Below, in pieces: positions 1 through 12,622 of a stretch of DNA of 64,000 nucleotides. Every line of letters begins with the position of its first letter. Within the stretch, counting starts at the first letter, position 1. Below the pieces are notes generated by a model, which did not search any database, had not been told where the DNA came from, and saw nothing but the letters and a program-made list of their open reading frames with translations. The DNA is taken from contig OZ287071.1 of NCBI GenBank assembly GCA_965645245.1, positions 1,550,001 through 1,614,000 on the forward strand, in the 5' to 3' direction. The translations under genes and the position numbers were made by a program. Source of the stretch: Massalongia carnosa. Taxonomy: Eukaryota.

Positions 1-352
1 GAAGCTCGACCATAGAAATCGACTTGCTAGCAAATTATCTCAGAGCTCCTATGGAAACGATATTCGTCAGAAGTAAGATGTAACTGACGAATCGCGATTC
101 TACTGGCGATGGATCTCTGGTTACAATAAATTCTATGTTCCTCGAGGTAGGACATATGTTCGCCGAAAAATGTGTTGATTATTGGTAACAATGACTTGGC
201 ATGATTTTTTGAAATTTTCGGTATAAGAAGTTCTCACAATAATTCGATTTTTACAAAAATGATGCAAATTTAACCAAGTCTTGTTTGTAAATCTTCTTGC
301 ACGTCAATTAACGTTTGTTAAGGCGTGTTATTTTCTTCTTGTACTAAGAGCT
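1..352 (-). pseudogene. Degraded coding relic, family unknown
   Basis: One minus-strand frame reads as protein (QLLVQEENNTP*QTLIDVQEDLQTRLG*...LL*ELLIPKISKNHAKSLLPIINTFFGEHMSYLEEH...) broken by TAA/TGA/TAG stops; AT-rich. Confidence 0.25.
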
Positions 353-605
353 GACATTTTGTTAAATTTTAATGTGGGTCTTAAAAATTTAAAACTCATG
401 ATGTTTCTTTCTATTTTTATGATAATCATTTTCATCTAGTAACACCATTCATAATCTTCAAGATTATCATGCCGATAGCGGCCGATGATTCTTAGAAGAC
501 TTCCAAGCGCACAACGAAAAGAACAGCACCGAAAGGGAAAAGAAAGAGTCTGAAAGACCAAGCCCGAGGAGTTGGCAAATGTTGAATATCCAACTCCTAC
601 CAGCA

Positions 606-652
606 CAATGAACACGTATTAGTTCAATGAACACCTATCAGTTCAATGAACA
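606..652. repeat. 19-bp tandem repeat, ~2.5 copies
   Basis: caatgaacacgtattagtt / caatgaacacctatcagtt / caatgaaca. Confidence 0.8.
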
Positions 653-824
653 TAGCACCTACGGCTGCCCTATATGGACAGACCTACGCACGCGGGGGAC
701 AAAAAAAAAACTACACCAAAATTTAACCGGGTTCAAGCCCCCACCAAAACACAAGCAATTTCCATACAATTTTGATGGGATAATCACCATTTCAACAACC
801 AGTCATCCAATTCATTCAATCTAT

Positions 825-2655
825 TCAATAACCAGTCATTTTACCCTCACCATCCAAAACAGCTCTCGATCTATCTGGCATAGTAGACACCCGTTCATTG
901 ATAAATGCCTGGGAAACGTTCGCCCACCCCTCATAAATTAGCCCCTTGGTCGTATCATCATCCCAATGAGGATATTTTTTTAAATATTGCTTCGGGGCCT
1001 GCCAGCAATTTTCTATGGGGGCCAAATCAGGTGAACATGGACAGTTGAAATAGTGCTTCAGATCATTGTTCTGCTTCCAAGTGCGTACAATGTTTGATTT
1101 GCCTGGTCCATGTCCAGAATCACCGTCTTCTTCTAAGACGAAATCGCGTTTTGCTTCAATTGTAATGGGCTACGAGACCAGTAAGCTTATCACGAGCGAC
1201 ACTGATCTCGAAAGGGGAAATGCTCAGCGTGAGAGGTGGAAGATAGCTACTACGTGCTGGTCTCCGAGAGTATATGTGATCCAAAGAACTAATCGATGTG
1301 GAAGTGCTCAGACCAAGAGATCTCGTCCGAGACCCAAACGTAGGTTGTTCATAGAATAAAGACTAATTGCTAACGAATACTACAAGATTCGTTCTGGTAT
1401 TTATCCTACTCACCCCAAGCCTATAGCCTTCGACTGAATCTATATCTACACTGCGGACCTGCCTCTAGACACAAGGTCTAGACCACAAGGTCATGTAGGT
1501 TCATTCAGCCGACATCACTACCAACGTAGCAATAAAGGTTGAAGCTGAAGTTTACACCGGGGAGGCCGAGCTCAAGCTGCGTCAAGCTAGCCGTGCCTCC
1601 TGCTACAACTCTTGATCCATCAAGAGATCGAGTAGCTCCGGGTAGGCCAGTAGATTCCATATAGAGTTCACGGCTTCTCCACAGGAGTTCGCCTTACTCC
1701 ATGGCAATCTACCACCACGGCCTCGGCAGGTGTTTGATCTGTAAGCAGTCTAGAACGTAGTAACAACTAATTCGGAGTTGTGTGGCAAGGTGGCGTCGTG
1801 TCAACCTCGACGGCTGTGCGACTAAGTACTACGGCCTGGCTCATGCTAGTTAATCCCGCAACCGCCGTAGGCGATCACGTATCCTTCTAGCGCCATCCGT
1901 ATTACATCAATCCAGGCTTCACAATAGGCTCCAATATAGAGTCGATATAGACTCGTTGACTCATCTTTCCATTGAAGTTTCCAGGAACTTTGTAAAAGTA
2001 GATATCTGACTTGAAGTCATGACCTGCAGCAGCCCAACAATGATGTCTCTTCTTGACGGCCTCGTCTGGTTCATCTGCTTCTTGAATACAATCATGACAA
2101 TAACGTTCACCTAATCTTCGTATGATGCGTAATTTGCCCTGAGGTCCCCATCCAAAGTGCACTTCGTCGCTAAATCGAACTTGTTTCCAGTCTTCTGCAT
2201 TTGGATATTTAGAAAGCATAGCATCTGACCACTTCGAAGCTTTCTTGTCTTCTCGTTCACCCATCCCTTTCTGCACGCAATACATTTGTGATAATCCATG
2301 GTGCCCATGATTCGTTGAATGGTTTTGCCACTGCAGTCTAGGCTACTTCGAAGCCCAATTGCTCCCATGTAAGAGCGCGCGCCTCCATACCTTCTTCTTC
2401 CAATAGCCGTTCCATTTCTCTAATCAATTTAGGCGTAACAATTTTGTGACGCCCACGAGCTTCAGAAACATCGGAATTATTATGATGACGGCGTGATGGG
2501 GCTCCTTCACGCAGGTATGCATAGCCCCTCGTACGTTCCACATCAAATGTGCGAAAAACATCCTCTTTGTGATAAGAAATGCCTTGCTTTTCGCAAAATT
2601 CAACGGCTCCCTGAATTTTAGCTTTGGTAGGAGTCTCGATATGTTTAGAATTCAT
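825..2655 (-). pseudogene. Tc1-like DDE transposase, frameshifted and LTR-interrupted
   Basis: Joined frames give an N-terminus MNSKHIETPTKAKIQG..., then WKQVRFSDEVHF (first D), FVLEEDGDSGHG (second D) and SPDLAPIENCW (E), with 37 residues between second D and E; about 3 frameshifts. Confidence 0.9.
1161..1906. mobile_element. Solo LTR (746 bp) inserted in the transposase
   Basis: TGTAAT...ATTACA termini; 5-bp TSD TCAAT at 1156-1160 and 1907-1911; internal AATAAA; transposase homology resumes on both sides. Confidence 0.85.
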
Positions 2656-5600
2656 AATAATGATAATTATCCCATCAAAATCGTATGTAAATTGCTTGTG
2701 TTTTGGTGGGGAGTTGAGCCCGGTTAAATTTTGGTGTAGTTTTTTTTTTGTCCCCCGCGTGCTACGGAAACCGTAGATGCCGTATTGGGCTTAGTCCTAA
2801 GATAAGATAAGATCACCTCGCTTAGTAGGGGGTGACCAGTAATAGGAAAAGATTGCTGCATAGCAACTCATCATCCTTAACATCACGGTCATACATACCT
2901 TTATTATTACATAGCCATGTAGCCATACTCATATACATATTTCAACAGCAAAAGAGCTTCTCTGATTCAATGTCCAAATTTGAAACTTTAGCCGTGAAGA
3001 AAACCGCGAAGTGGTCATCGACCGCATCTAGCGGGAGCAATAAATATATGATGATAGCTCCATATTTTCTTCATCAACAGTTGTGTTTTCTAGGTTCAAG
3101 ATTGGGAAGTGCAAGATAAAGATCAATATCTGCTGGGTAATATAACCGCTATATCTTGCTGTAATGAAAGCTGACGCATCCTTAGACCCCCGCAAGCTTG
3201 GTGGCGGCAGCATTGGAGAAGTATATGATGTTCATTGATCTATCGATCTAAGCTCTAGCAGCAAGACGCTAGCTCTGATAAAACTTGGAATGCTCCTCTG
3301 ATGATTGCTCAGAGGGCGTAGTTCATGAGCGCTTTGATTGAGATATAGTAAAAGCAATGAAACTAGAAAGATAATTATCAGTAATTCTACAAAATCGATA
3401 TTGAAATCGCTGGTCGAACACCAGTGTGAAAAAAGAAAAGCAAAAGTAAAAAATGTAGGTGAAGAATGTTTTTCTTAATTTTTTGAAAGAAAAAAAAAGC
3501 GAAATGCTTGAGAAGATCAGTAGTGGAATAGGCTCCGTCACAGGAACAAGTGAGACAGTATATATCTAGAAGGATGCATGCCCTAGAGAAGACTAAATGC
3601 GCTAAGCCGCTAATGTAAAGCAGGTAGGAACAGTTGCTCCCTAATAAGATCGTTCAAGATGTTCATTTAGGATTCATAGTAGAATTTTGGAACTCCTAAA
3701 GGGTTTGAATCTGATGTTATGGATTCTCTGTGGTTGTATGATGAGGTTAAGACCAAAGCTTTGAAATGATCAGCTTGATCAAGCTTTTTTCTAAAAGCTA
3801 AAAAAACCCTATTAGGCCGAAGGTCACAGTACAACCGGTAATATCTCGGGTCTTGTCGCATCAGCTATTGCTCCACCGAATGTACCATATTCATCGACCA
3901 CCTATAGTTGTCTCTGTTGTTTATTTGTCGGAGGCGATGAAGGTACATCTTATATTCCTCAAAATAAGGATGAGCATGAGTAGTTAGACGGGAATGCAAA
4001 GAGAGGATTCATAAATGTAAAATTGATGAGGCATCTTCTGTGATTTTCGTAGAACGAAAGATGTAATAGAAGAACGAGTGTGTCCTAGATGGAGATTTGT
4101 CGCAGGAACCGATTCCTATGTTGGTTGCCAGGATTGAGATAGCTGGGATGGCTGTAACCACCGTAGCAATGAGGCTAGCAAACACCCATTTTATTTTACA
4201 TCCTAGAGCTGGAAAAGAAAAGGCTAATCATAATCCCTACAGGCATTCGTAGAAGATCAGGCTCCAGCGTCCCAGATACTCCTTGAGTTCTGATATTGTT
4301 CATTCCTGGGTAAATTATATGACTGTGTTGTTGCTGGATCAGCTGCGCATGATGGCAACGAGGTCTACACAGATTTAAAAGGCACTGCTATGAGACAGCA
4401 GAATCAGTCTGTTGAAATCTTCAATTAATCTGACATGCTTTTTCGAGTTTGATGCCCCCGGATAAAGGAAGTGAAAGGTGTATTATTGATTAAGGAAATA
4501 GAGAAGCACCGCAAAATATAGGAAACCCAGTTTTAAAGAGTGTCAAGCCCTGAAAGAGGACCAACCCATTTTTTTCCGGCTTGAATGTATCCCCCTTCAT
4601 TTGGATACTTCGGGGTTTTCTAGGAATGGCGTAGATTGAGCAAGCGCCCCGTACTCTTGCGTGGGAAATTTCAGGAAGGTTGAATCTCTAAGCTTATAGC
4701 TCTGGGAAGCATCAGTGTCTTAGCTGGATGCCTTTAAAAGATACGGCAACAGGTTCTACTGAGGAGACTCGGTTGGATAATGCCCAAGTATTCAAATGTT
4801 GAATTAGAGGCAGGTTCGCATTCTGAGGTGCACCTCAGAAATAGGGACTCAGCGGTTCGCTACAACATATAGGGTCCAACAGGACACTTAACTCATTGGC
4901 GTGGTCCAAGGCCTCTTACTCATAGTCGGCCTTCTGTTCATCGGTCTGCGCCTCCGGCTTGTTGGACATCCGTCGACTTAACGAGTCAAAGCGTTTGACC
5001 AGATCTCGCACCACGTTAGCCTTTATTTCGGACGGATCTCACAAGAAGTATGCTAAAATACTCGATGGACCTTTCGGCAACGGGTCCTGGTCATGAACCA
5101 TAATATGTCACCCGAACGGGCGACAATTTTTGACGCTTTTGGGCCTGCGGATTTTATCTATGATAATACGCGCGAGTTTTAACTCCGCCGAGGAACTGCT
5201 GCATATTTCTTAGCTTTTAGGTGGCACGACCATTAAGAATAGCTATAAAAGCATGGACTTTGCATTCAACTAAGTGAAACAAGCAGAAACTGATTTTCGG
5301 ACCAGTGACGTACTTATCCGACGAGGAGATTCGCTCTACCGTCATGTCATACGTTTCACTAGTTGAGCTACAATGTCTATGACCTAAGATATAGAGACTA
5401 AATTCCATACCCATGTCTCTATGGGGAGTAGTTGCGTTTTCGGTTGTCGTTATAGCAACATCTATATAGTACTGAAAGAGTTACCCTGCTACTTTGGGCA
5501 ACACTACCTTATTCGGTTAGATTGAACCCGAAAAGGGGAACGCGGCTTGCGGAACAGTACTGAATTATCAAATAATGCGGGGAGGACCTCCCTGCGGACA

Positions 5601-6133
5601 GGACCAAAAATTCCCCTCTTGCCTCGACCGTACCGGACCGTTTCACTTCGTCAAACTTCGGAGATCAACTGATCCTGTTGATATCAGTCCGTATCGCGAA
5701 AACTACGTTCTTTTACGTTCGTTGTGGGCCGCGAGAGGTGGTCGTTGTTCGCGTTTTTCATGTTTTGATGTTCCCGAAAACTGCGCTAAATCCGTCCGTT
5801 CAATGAACCTGCGAAAACCCTCGATTCGGTTTAACGTAGTCTTAATTGGGTTTAGCATTAACAATTATCTGATCTCTTCGCAACAACAGCAACGACTACC
5901 GCTATATCTTTGCAGCCTAGCTCTTCTCCTCGAGAAATCGTTTCTCGACTTCCCATTCCGTTACGACAATGGTGTTCTCTCCGTAGACCGCATAATAAAG
6001 TGAATTCTCCGGAAAATCCTCCCGCAAAACGCGTTCGTCTAATCTTACGACCACCGAAAACGTTGTTAGTCTTTTCCTGCGTCCGCCTGCTCCTCCAAGA
6101 AGTTCGATTGTATCTCCTGTCACTCTTCTATCT

Positions 6134-8950
6134 TTGCAGAGTTCGCCTAACAGTTCAATAACGAATTCCGTTTCTCCCGTATCGTCGGCTTTCCACTCGC
6201 CAAGCCCGCCAAATCGAAATGATTTGCAGTTGGAAAATCCGAACATTTGGGAAGAAATGCTGCTCAACGAAGCAGAAGCGGGTCAGTACAATCACAACCG
6301 AGCTCGCGGTTTCGTAAGGTCGAGTTTCGGACATATTTCTCCATCCATTGCGAGTTCCAGACCTGTTTCTCCACCTGTTAATCATCGTGAGTCACGAAGA
6401 AATCGTCGAACACGTCGTCGCGACCGTACTGTTGAAGCCCGTGACCATGCGGCTGCAAATCGTAACTTTCCTGCCGCATTTAAAAGTCAGTACACTTTAG
6501 AATCCGCGATACAACGAATTCAACACATGACAGATCATTGCAGAAACTTGCGGTGCGTGGCATTGGGAAACGGAAGCTGTTCAGAGTGACAGAAGACGAG
6601 ATCGAGTATACAAATCCTGTTGCAAGCGAGGTGGTGTCGTGTTGCCACCGTTTCAGCCTCCTCCTGATTATTTACGGCAACTGTTAATTGGTGACGATAT
6701 TAGAACCCGCACATTTCGCAAAAACCTCCGAAAATATAATTCCACGTTGACGTTCACCTCCGTAAACTACAAACCCGATCGCCGACTTCCTCGCAACGGT
6801 CGTGGACCGGTATGTTTTCAAAATCACGGAGAACTGTATCACCTGCAAGGTCCTTTGGATCCCGTTGACGATTCTCCTCGCTGTGCTCAACTGTTTTTTA
6901 CGATCCCGACGAAGCAACCGCGATTCGTACTCGACAACATACAGAATTGGATCCCGATATTGTACGACGTTTAACAGAGATGTTGCACAATATGAATCCC
7001 TTTATCAGGCTTTACAAATCCGCCAGCGAGGCTTTGCGGGAGAATGCGGCCACAACCGATGATCGTCGTGTTACGGATCCTACGGCCTTATGGAATCGAT
7101 ACGCAAATGATATATATGACGATTTACCGCATCGATTACGATCAATGACTGATGTTCCTGACGATTTAATGAGTCCGCATTTAGATTACGGCCTTTATTT
7201 GTTAAACGGAGGTCTTTCGGATTTAGGAAAACGATTAGAGGATTAGAATATGCCGCTGTTTACATACGATTGGGGTCGGAGTACTGGAAATCCGTTGATC
7301 GCAAATGAAATTGTGACGAAGCGAGAAGTAAATAGATTTCTACCATTGCGCCACCTGTCCTCCCGACCAAAAGGCACAATACTTAGTCCGCAGACCAAGC
7401 TCTATTCTACTATAACTGGGACTCCTGCTTTGTTCGCTGTAGGTCCTGCCGTCCGCACCACGCATGGTCGAACCGTTACAGAAATGACTTACGATTTCAA
7501 CGAAGAAACGACGTTACGAAATGAACGATATACTCAATTGAATGCGGATCAGAAATACTGTTTTGATACCATTGTTGCGGGAGTTAGAGATTATCCTAGA
7601 ATGGCGCATTTTTTTGTTCACGGACCTGCAGGAACAGGTAAGACTTTTTTATATTAGACTCTTTGCAATGATATTCGGGCGGAGAATAAAATCGTTCTTT
7701 GCGTTGCGTCTCCCGGCATTGCGCTTTACTTCTTCCTAGCGGACAGACTTCACATTCCCGGTTGAAAATTCCTTTGAATTTAAATGAGGACAGCATGTGT
7801 AATATCACCCGCAACACGCATTTACACTGTCTTTTGCAACGCACAGCCTTAATCATTGGGGATAAGGTGCCGATGCAACACAAACAATGCTTCATGGCCG
7901 TACATCGCACTTTTACGGACCTTTTAGGTAATGACGACCTTTCGGAGTTATTCCGATGGTGTTAGGCGGAGATTTCGCTCAAATCTTGCCCGTTGTTCCC
8001 CGTGGAAATCGGGAAGCCATCGTTGCGGCGAACATTCAAAACACCTTCTGTGGCCGCGATTTCAAAAACTGTTTTTGCGTCAAATCATGCGAATTCGTAA
8101 CGAAGTCGCCAATGAGGCGTTTGCGGACTGGATCGGGAAAATGTCTTATGATCCTGCTTTTTCCGGTCGTGTTCAGCTACCGGAACAAGTCAATCAACTG
8201 AACAACTTAGACAGTTTCGTGGACACCGTTTTTCCTTCCGATCGCCTGCGGCAAGCTCATCTGGATGCGGATTCTTTCGCAAGTCGAGCAATTTTGACTT
8301 TGCGGAACGATATCGTCGCGGAGTTAAACGGTGCAGTACTGAATAAATTGCAGGGCGGTTCGCACACCTTGAACTCCGTTGATCAAATAGAGAACGATAC
8401 GGCGCAGGAACGAGGAGACTTTCTTCCTCCCGAGTTTTTACAACCCTTGCAAACATCGTCTATACCACCTTCACAATTGCAACTGAAACTTGGAGCCCGA
8501 ATCATTTTTTTGCGGAATTTGTATCCCAAACTTGGTCTCTGTAACGGCACCCGATTACGTCTTACTCACATTTCGCGGACCTGTCTAGAGGGAAAGATTT
8601 TGGGATAAGAATTCAACGGTGAAACGCGATTAATTCCCCGGATTCTTCTTAATACCACGGAAGGCGAGTTGCCCTGGATCATAAGTCGCAAACAATTTCC
8701 GATACGATTGTGCTTTGCTATGACTGTCAACAAGTCGCAAGGTCAATCATTGGACACGATAGGAGTCGATTTGCGAGCTCCTCCTTTTACTCATGGTCAG
8801 TTATATGTGGCATTATCTCGAGTTATGGATGTCTCGATTGTGTATGTTGTTTCCGGAACGAAATGACTGGAAAACGGATAACATTGTATATCCGGAAGTA
8901 AATCTGCGATCGCAACATGACATGATAACTCATGTTCCTCCGAATCCTGC
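6134..8950 (+). pseudogene. Helitron RepHel remnant: Zn-finger/N-terminal region plus PIF1 helicase
   Basis: Cys cluster (TCGAWHWETE...SCCKRGGVVLPPFQPPP), FRKNLRKYNSTLTFTS, PIF1 Walker [76 protein letters not shown]; many frameshifts and stops. Confidence 0.9.
7312..7480. mobile_element. Short solo LTR (169 bp) inside the Helitron ORF
   Basis: TGTGACG...CGTTACA termini; TSD GAAAT at 7307-7311 and 7481-7485; removal restores ANE-MTYDF. Confidence 0.8.
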
Positions 8951-11296
8951 TGTAAGTTTATGATGATATAGGGTATCATGTCACTTAGAAAATGTATTCA
9001 ATTGCAAAATAGACAGCAAGTTTATTGTGTTATCAAAAATTTATCGTCCGGGTCATCAAGTGTGACATTTTCCGCTAATTTCGCAAGTCATTAATTTTAG
9101 AAAATTTAAGAAAAGTTTTCAATTTTTCGATTTCAATCCTGAAATTAAATAGATAATTTTGTATTGCATACGTGGTTTTAAATTTACAACCTTTTACGAA
9201 TTGTATCGATCGTAAAAACTTGAAACCGGTTCCAAAATCTCAGTTCTGAGATGGCACGGTCTCGTATAACTTATACTAAGGTTCCTAAATAGTTATGACG
9301 AAAGACGCGGAGAAATCATTGGCATATCGATATCTCAGCATAATCATGCACTATCGTGTCCGGTATTTCGATGCGGAATGTACTTAGACATTGTTTGGAT
9401 TGTTCTTTATGTATCGCCGGAATTCGCTGCGAAAACTTCTATCTTTGGTAATAAAAATGAAAATTTCATTATTATTAAATATAGCATTTTCTTCATGTTA
9501 AAAGATATCTTTTCTCAAAAAGATTAATCATAACTCAAAATTGATTATATTAACAGAGATTGTATTCGACGATCGCGGGGCTCCAAAAATTTTGCATAGT
9601 CGTATAAAAAAGTTGTATATTCAGGTTATCCTGTTAGGTGAGATTTGATGTAAAGCAGACTTGGGAGTTGAATTTACCCTTGGCAGAACTGGTTTTCTCA
9701 AAAGGGCAAGTATTGTATTCTTACCCGTTCTATGCCAAATAATTCCACATTTGGCGGTTATCTTCAGATGGGTGCAACGAGCCACTCTTCTTCAGGGAGG
9801 CACTAGTAGAGCTGCCAGCCACAGGCGTAGCAGGTGCTTCTTAAGTAGGTTAACCGGCCGGGGCTTAGCTGGCAGCTGGTCAGCCGCCGCCAGGTCCATA
9901 CCTGTGTGCTCCTGTAGCGTTTGCACGGATGGAGACTGCAGATCCACGAATGGAGTAGCTTTGGATATGTGGCCTGACAACGCCTGCGGCCTGGAGTTAT
10001 ATTCATTTAGCACGGTGTACACTATCCTAGTTCTAAAGACTAAGTCTTCCCCCGCTTTCACGCAGCTTGCTAGTATTTCGTGGCAGGCCTCATCGTCTAT
10101 GCCTGTGTTCCTTTCGACCTTCTTCTGAGCGGAGGTAAACGCTGTCACACTTGCTGCGTCCTGAAGAGTATTGCGATGCAGGGGTAAGCGAGGTTATGGT
10201 TGCTTAGACTTCAACTAAACGTTATTCCAGACGATAAAACGTCCGATAGCACGTATAGAGGGCTCCACGTCCTGTTGAATATCAATTAATATTAGTCTCA
10301 GATCTCTACTCCCATTATTTCGACGGTAAGAAGATGTATAACGTGGTAATTCGCCGTCCTTCGCTCGGCTTTATAATTATAAATCTATTATAAATAAACC
10401 TTTGCTTCTTGCTCATGGCATTCTTATTCTTTATTCAAACGCCCCCGATGCTTGTACATTGGCGTTTTAGGATAGAAAGAGCAGTCCTCTGTGATTATGG
10501 CAAGATACTTATTTTTTCTAGTTGAGTGGATTTGAAAGTCAACACCTCATTGTTCGGTCTCTTGTTCAACCTTTCATTTCATCCAGTTAAATTCTCTAGA
10601 TGGCGCTGCGTCGGGGGCTGAGGATCAAGCTCATCGATATTACAATGATGGTATGTCAATATAAGCCTCACCCTTTAGAGGTCGTGCTGCTTTAGCTATC
10701 CTTATCATATATATATCTCTTTGATCATCTAAATGTGATCCTCAAGCTTGTCGATGAACATACTTGGTTCAAGATAAAAAGAATGTACAAAATGACTAGG
10801 ATATTTGATATATAATGAAAGTACCTCAAGAGATCAACGTAGCAAAATTTCAAAGAATGCTGGGGCTTCTTTTTTATAGAAGTGAGGTAAGACAACCAAA
10901 ATAAGCTTGGAGCATTGATCTTATGACATGAATTTGGATGAGTAAGAAACAGTGATTCATTCTATTCCTGGGGTGAATGATGTGGTTATCCAGCGGAGTC
11001 TCCGTAAAAGGCATACATATATTGGCAACTCTAATGATTTCACCACTGCAACAGCCAAATCCGAGAATTGAGGGAGCCAGCTCCAGGCCTGGAAGCGTAG
11101 AAGTTACCATGGGTTGAGGCATCCACCATTTCACGCAGCTCATCAAATATCCCTGTGCCGGTCAACACACCAAAATCCGACCCCCTGAACTCACCTGCAC
11201 AGATCTCTATCAACTCTGCGGGTGAGCTCTCTTAGCTGCTTTTCCTATTGTTCCTTCAGGTCGTCCGTTTCAACCCCGAGCCTAGTTATGGCCAGA

Positions 11297-12115
11297 TCAG
11301 AAAGGTTTGGCAACCTTCCTGCTTTCCACCAAGCCCGTGACCGGATCCCGGAATTCCTTCCAGCTAATAGGATACATGGAATTCCCTGCTTCACTTTTGG
11401 CCATGATGACGCCCAGCTCGTTTTTCGCGGTGCTGAGGTAGTAGTTTGATTGATCACCAAGGCTAACCTGTATTCCACGCCTTTGCGTGAGCCACATACG
11501 ATTCTTTCTCAGATGATGGCTCCGAGTTCCAAGGACTCCACAATTCAATTCCTACAAGCTAAGGGAAAGAATGAAGAAGTAGTAAAGAAAAAGACTCACC
11601 ACCTCCCCCCTCACCAAATCTCCAACCCGAAACCCTTCGTCTATCTTAACCTTCTCCCGTTCCCATCCCCTCACATCCTCCTTCCTCACCACACCCGCCC
11701 ACTCATCTGCGCACACCCTACCTCCATCCCCATCCCCATCTCCGTTATCAACAACCAAAATTGCTAGATTGACCTGCCGCGTCATGAGGCGCGTAACCCG
11801 ACACAACACTACGCCTCCCACAGCCGGGAGCGTGTTTTTATTTGAGACCGCTGGGGAAGGTATTCCTAAAGCTTGGGGGAGAGGGAGGATGGTGAGGGTT
11901 GAGAGTTGGGTAGTTGAGGATTGGTGTTTAGTTAAACTAGAGTTTGTGGGGTTGGAAGGGGGGTTGGCTTTGGTGAAGGAGGGGGGAAGAATGGTAGGGC
12001 GGCCGGCAATGGAGGCGTAGATTGAGGAGGCATGGAGGTGAGTTCCGGGTCCTGGAGTATATCTTGTAGATGGGCTGAGGAGGAGGCCAGGATGAGCTAG
12101 GGTTGGTATAGACAT
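11297..12115 (-). CDS. CSL4: Exosome complex component Csl4 (exons 12115-11600, 11467-11297)
   Basis: PGPGTH...IYASIAG; S1 domain LPAVGGVVLCRVTR...GVVRKEDVR...FRVGDLVRGEV|VSLGDQSNYYLSTAKNELGV...ESRKVAKPF. Confidence 0.93.
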
Positions 12116-12622
12116 TATCGTGGCCAAAGTGGGAGTGAAGGAGTTTGGATAAAAGTGGAAATGGGAATTTTTGAATGGCGCGAATTCAGAGACATTTCCT
12201 CTAATATATCAAATTTACGTAGATATTCAACAAGCACACACGAACGAAAGTGTCATGCAGGATATGATAACACTTCATCACTTCGTTTAGCTGGCGTCTG
12301 CAACCTATCGATGTTGCACTCGCTCAAAGGAGGAACCTATGCTTGATATTCATCCTGCTTTGTTTCCCCGTTCACCCAAATGATACTACAAAAGGTTGGT
12401 ATCCGTGCCTGACCCCCCCCTCCCACTTGCTCAAAGGGGTTCCGTCCACCAGTACTCCCGCTCCGTTTTTGGGTTACGCAATAAGAAAAAGTCCTAACGT
12501 TAATGGGTAATGCCTGGGAACGCCATGCAACACGAGTCACCATATTCACAGAAAAGGACAAGGTAAAGAGGAAAACGATAGACCAAGGCCGTGCTCACGC
12601 AAAAGTGCCGTGGATGTTGATC

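Larger units (their letters stand above)
689..2761 (-). mobile_element. Tc1/IS630-superfamily DNA transposon, defective
   Basis: TIRs 689-791 and 2659-2761 (CACGCGGGGGACAAAAAAAAAACTACACC..., ~7 mismatches in 103 bp) enclose transposase fragments; direct repeat CTACG at 684-688 and 2762-2766. Confidence 0.92.
5461..9806 (+). mobile_element. Helitron, non-autonomous (Rep domain deleted)
   Basis: 5' end A|TCTATATAGTACTGAAAG; candidate 3' end CTAG|T at 9803-9807 after an imperfect hairpin; RepHel fragments inside. The 3' boundary is less certain than the 5'. Confidence 0.7.

Noticed and set aside
606..652. CRISPR-like repeat array
   Set aside because: Eukaryotic context, contiguous 19-bp units with no spacers and no cas genes; a simple minisatellite.
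2800..5450. Short ORFs and protein-like fragments between the Tc1 element and the Helitron
   Set aside because: No recognisable motif or consistent gene model; may be an old relic but cannot be supported.
9792..10148. 118-aa minus-strand ORF as a gene split by the Helitron
   Set aside because: Joining across the proposed insertion site gives only a short extension to a stop; no family recognised.
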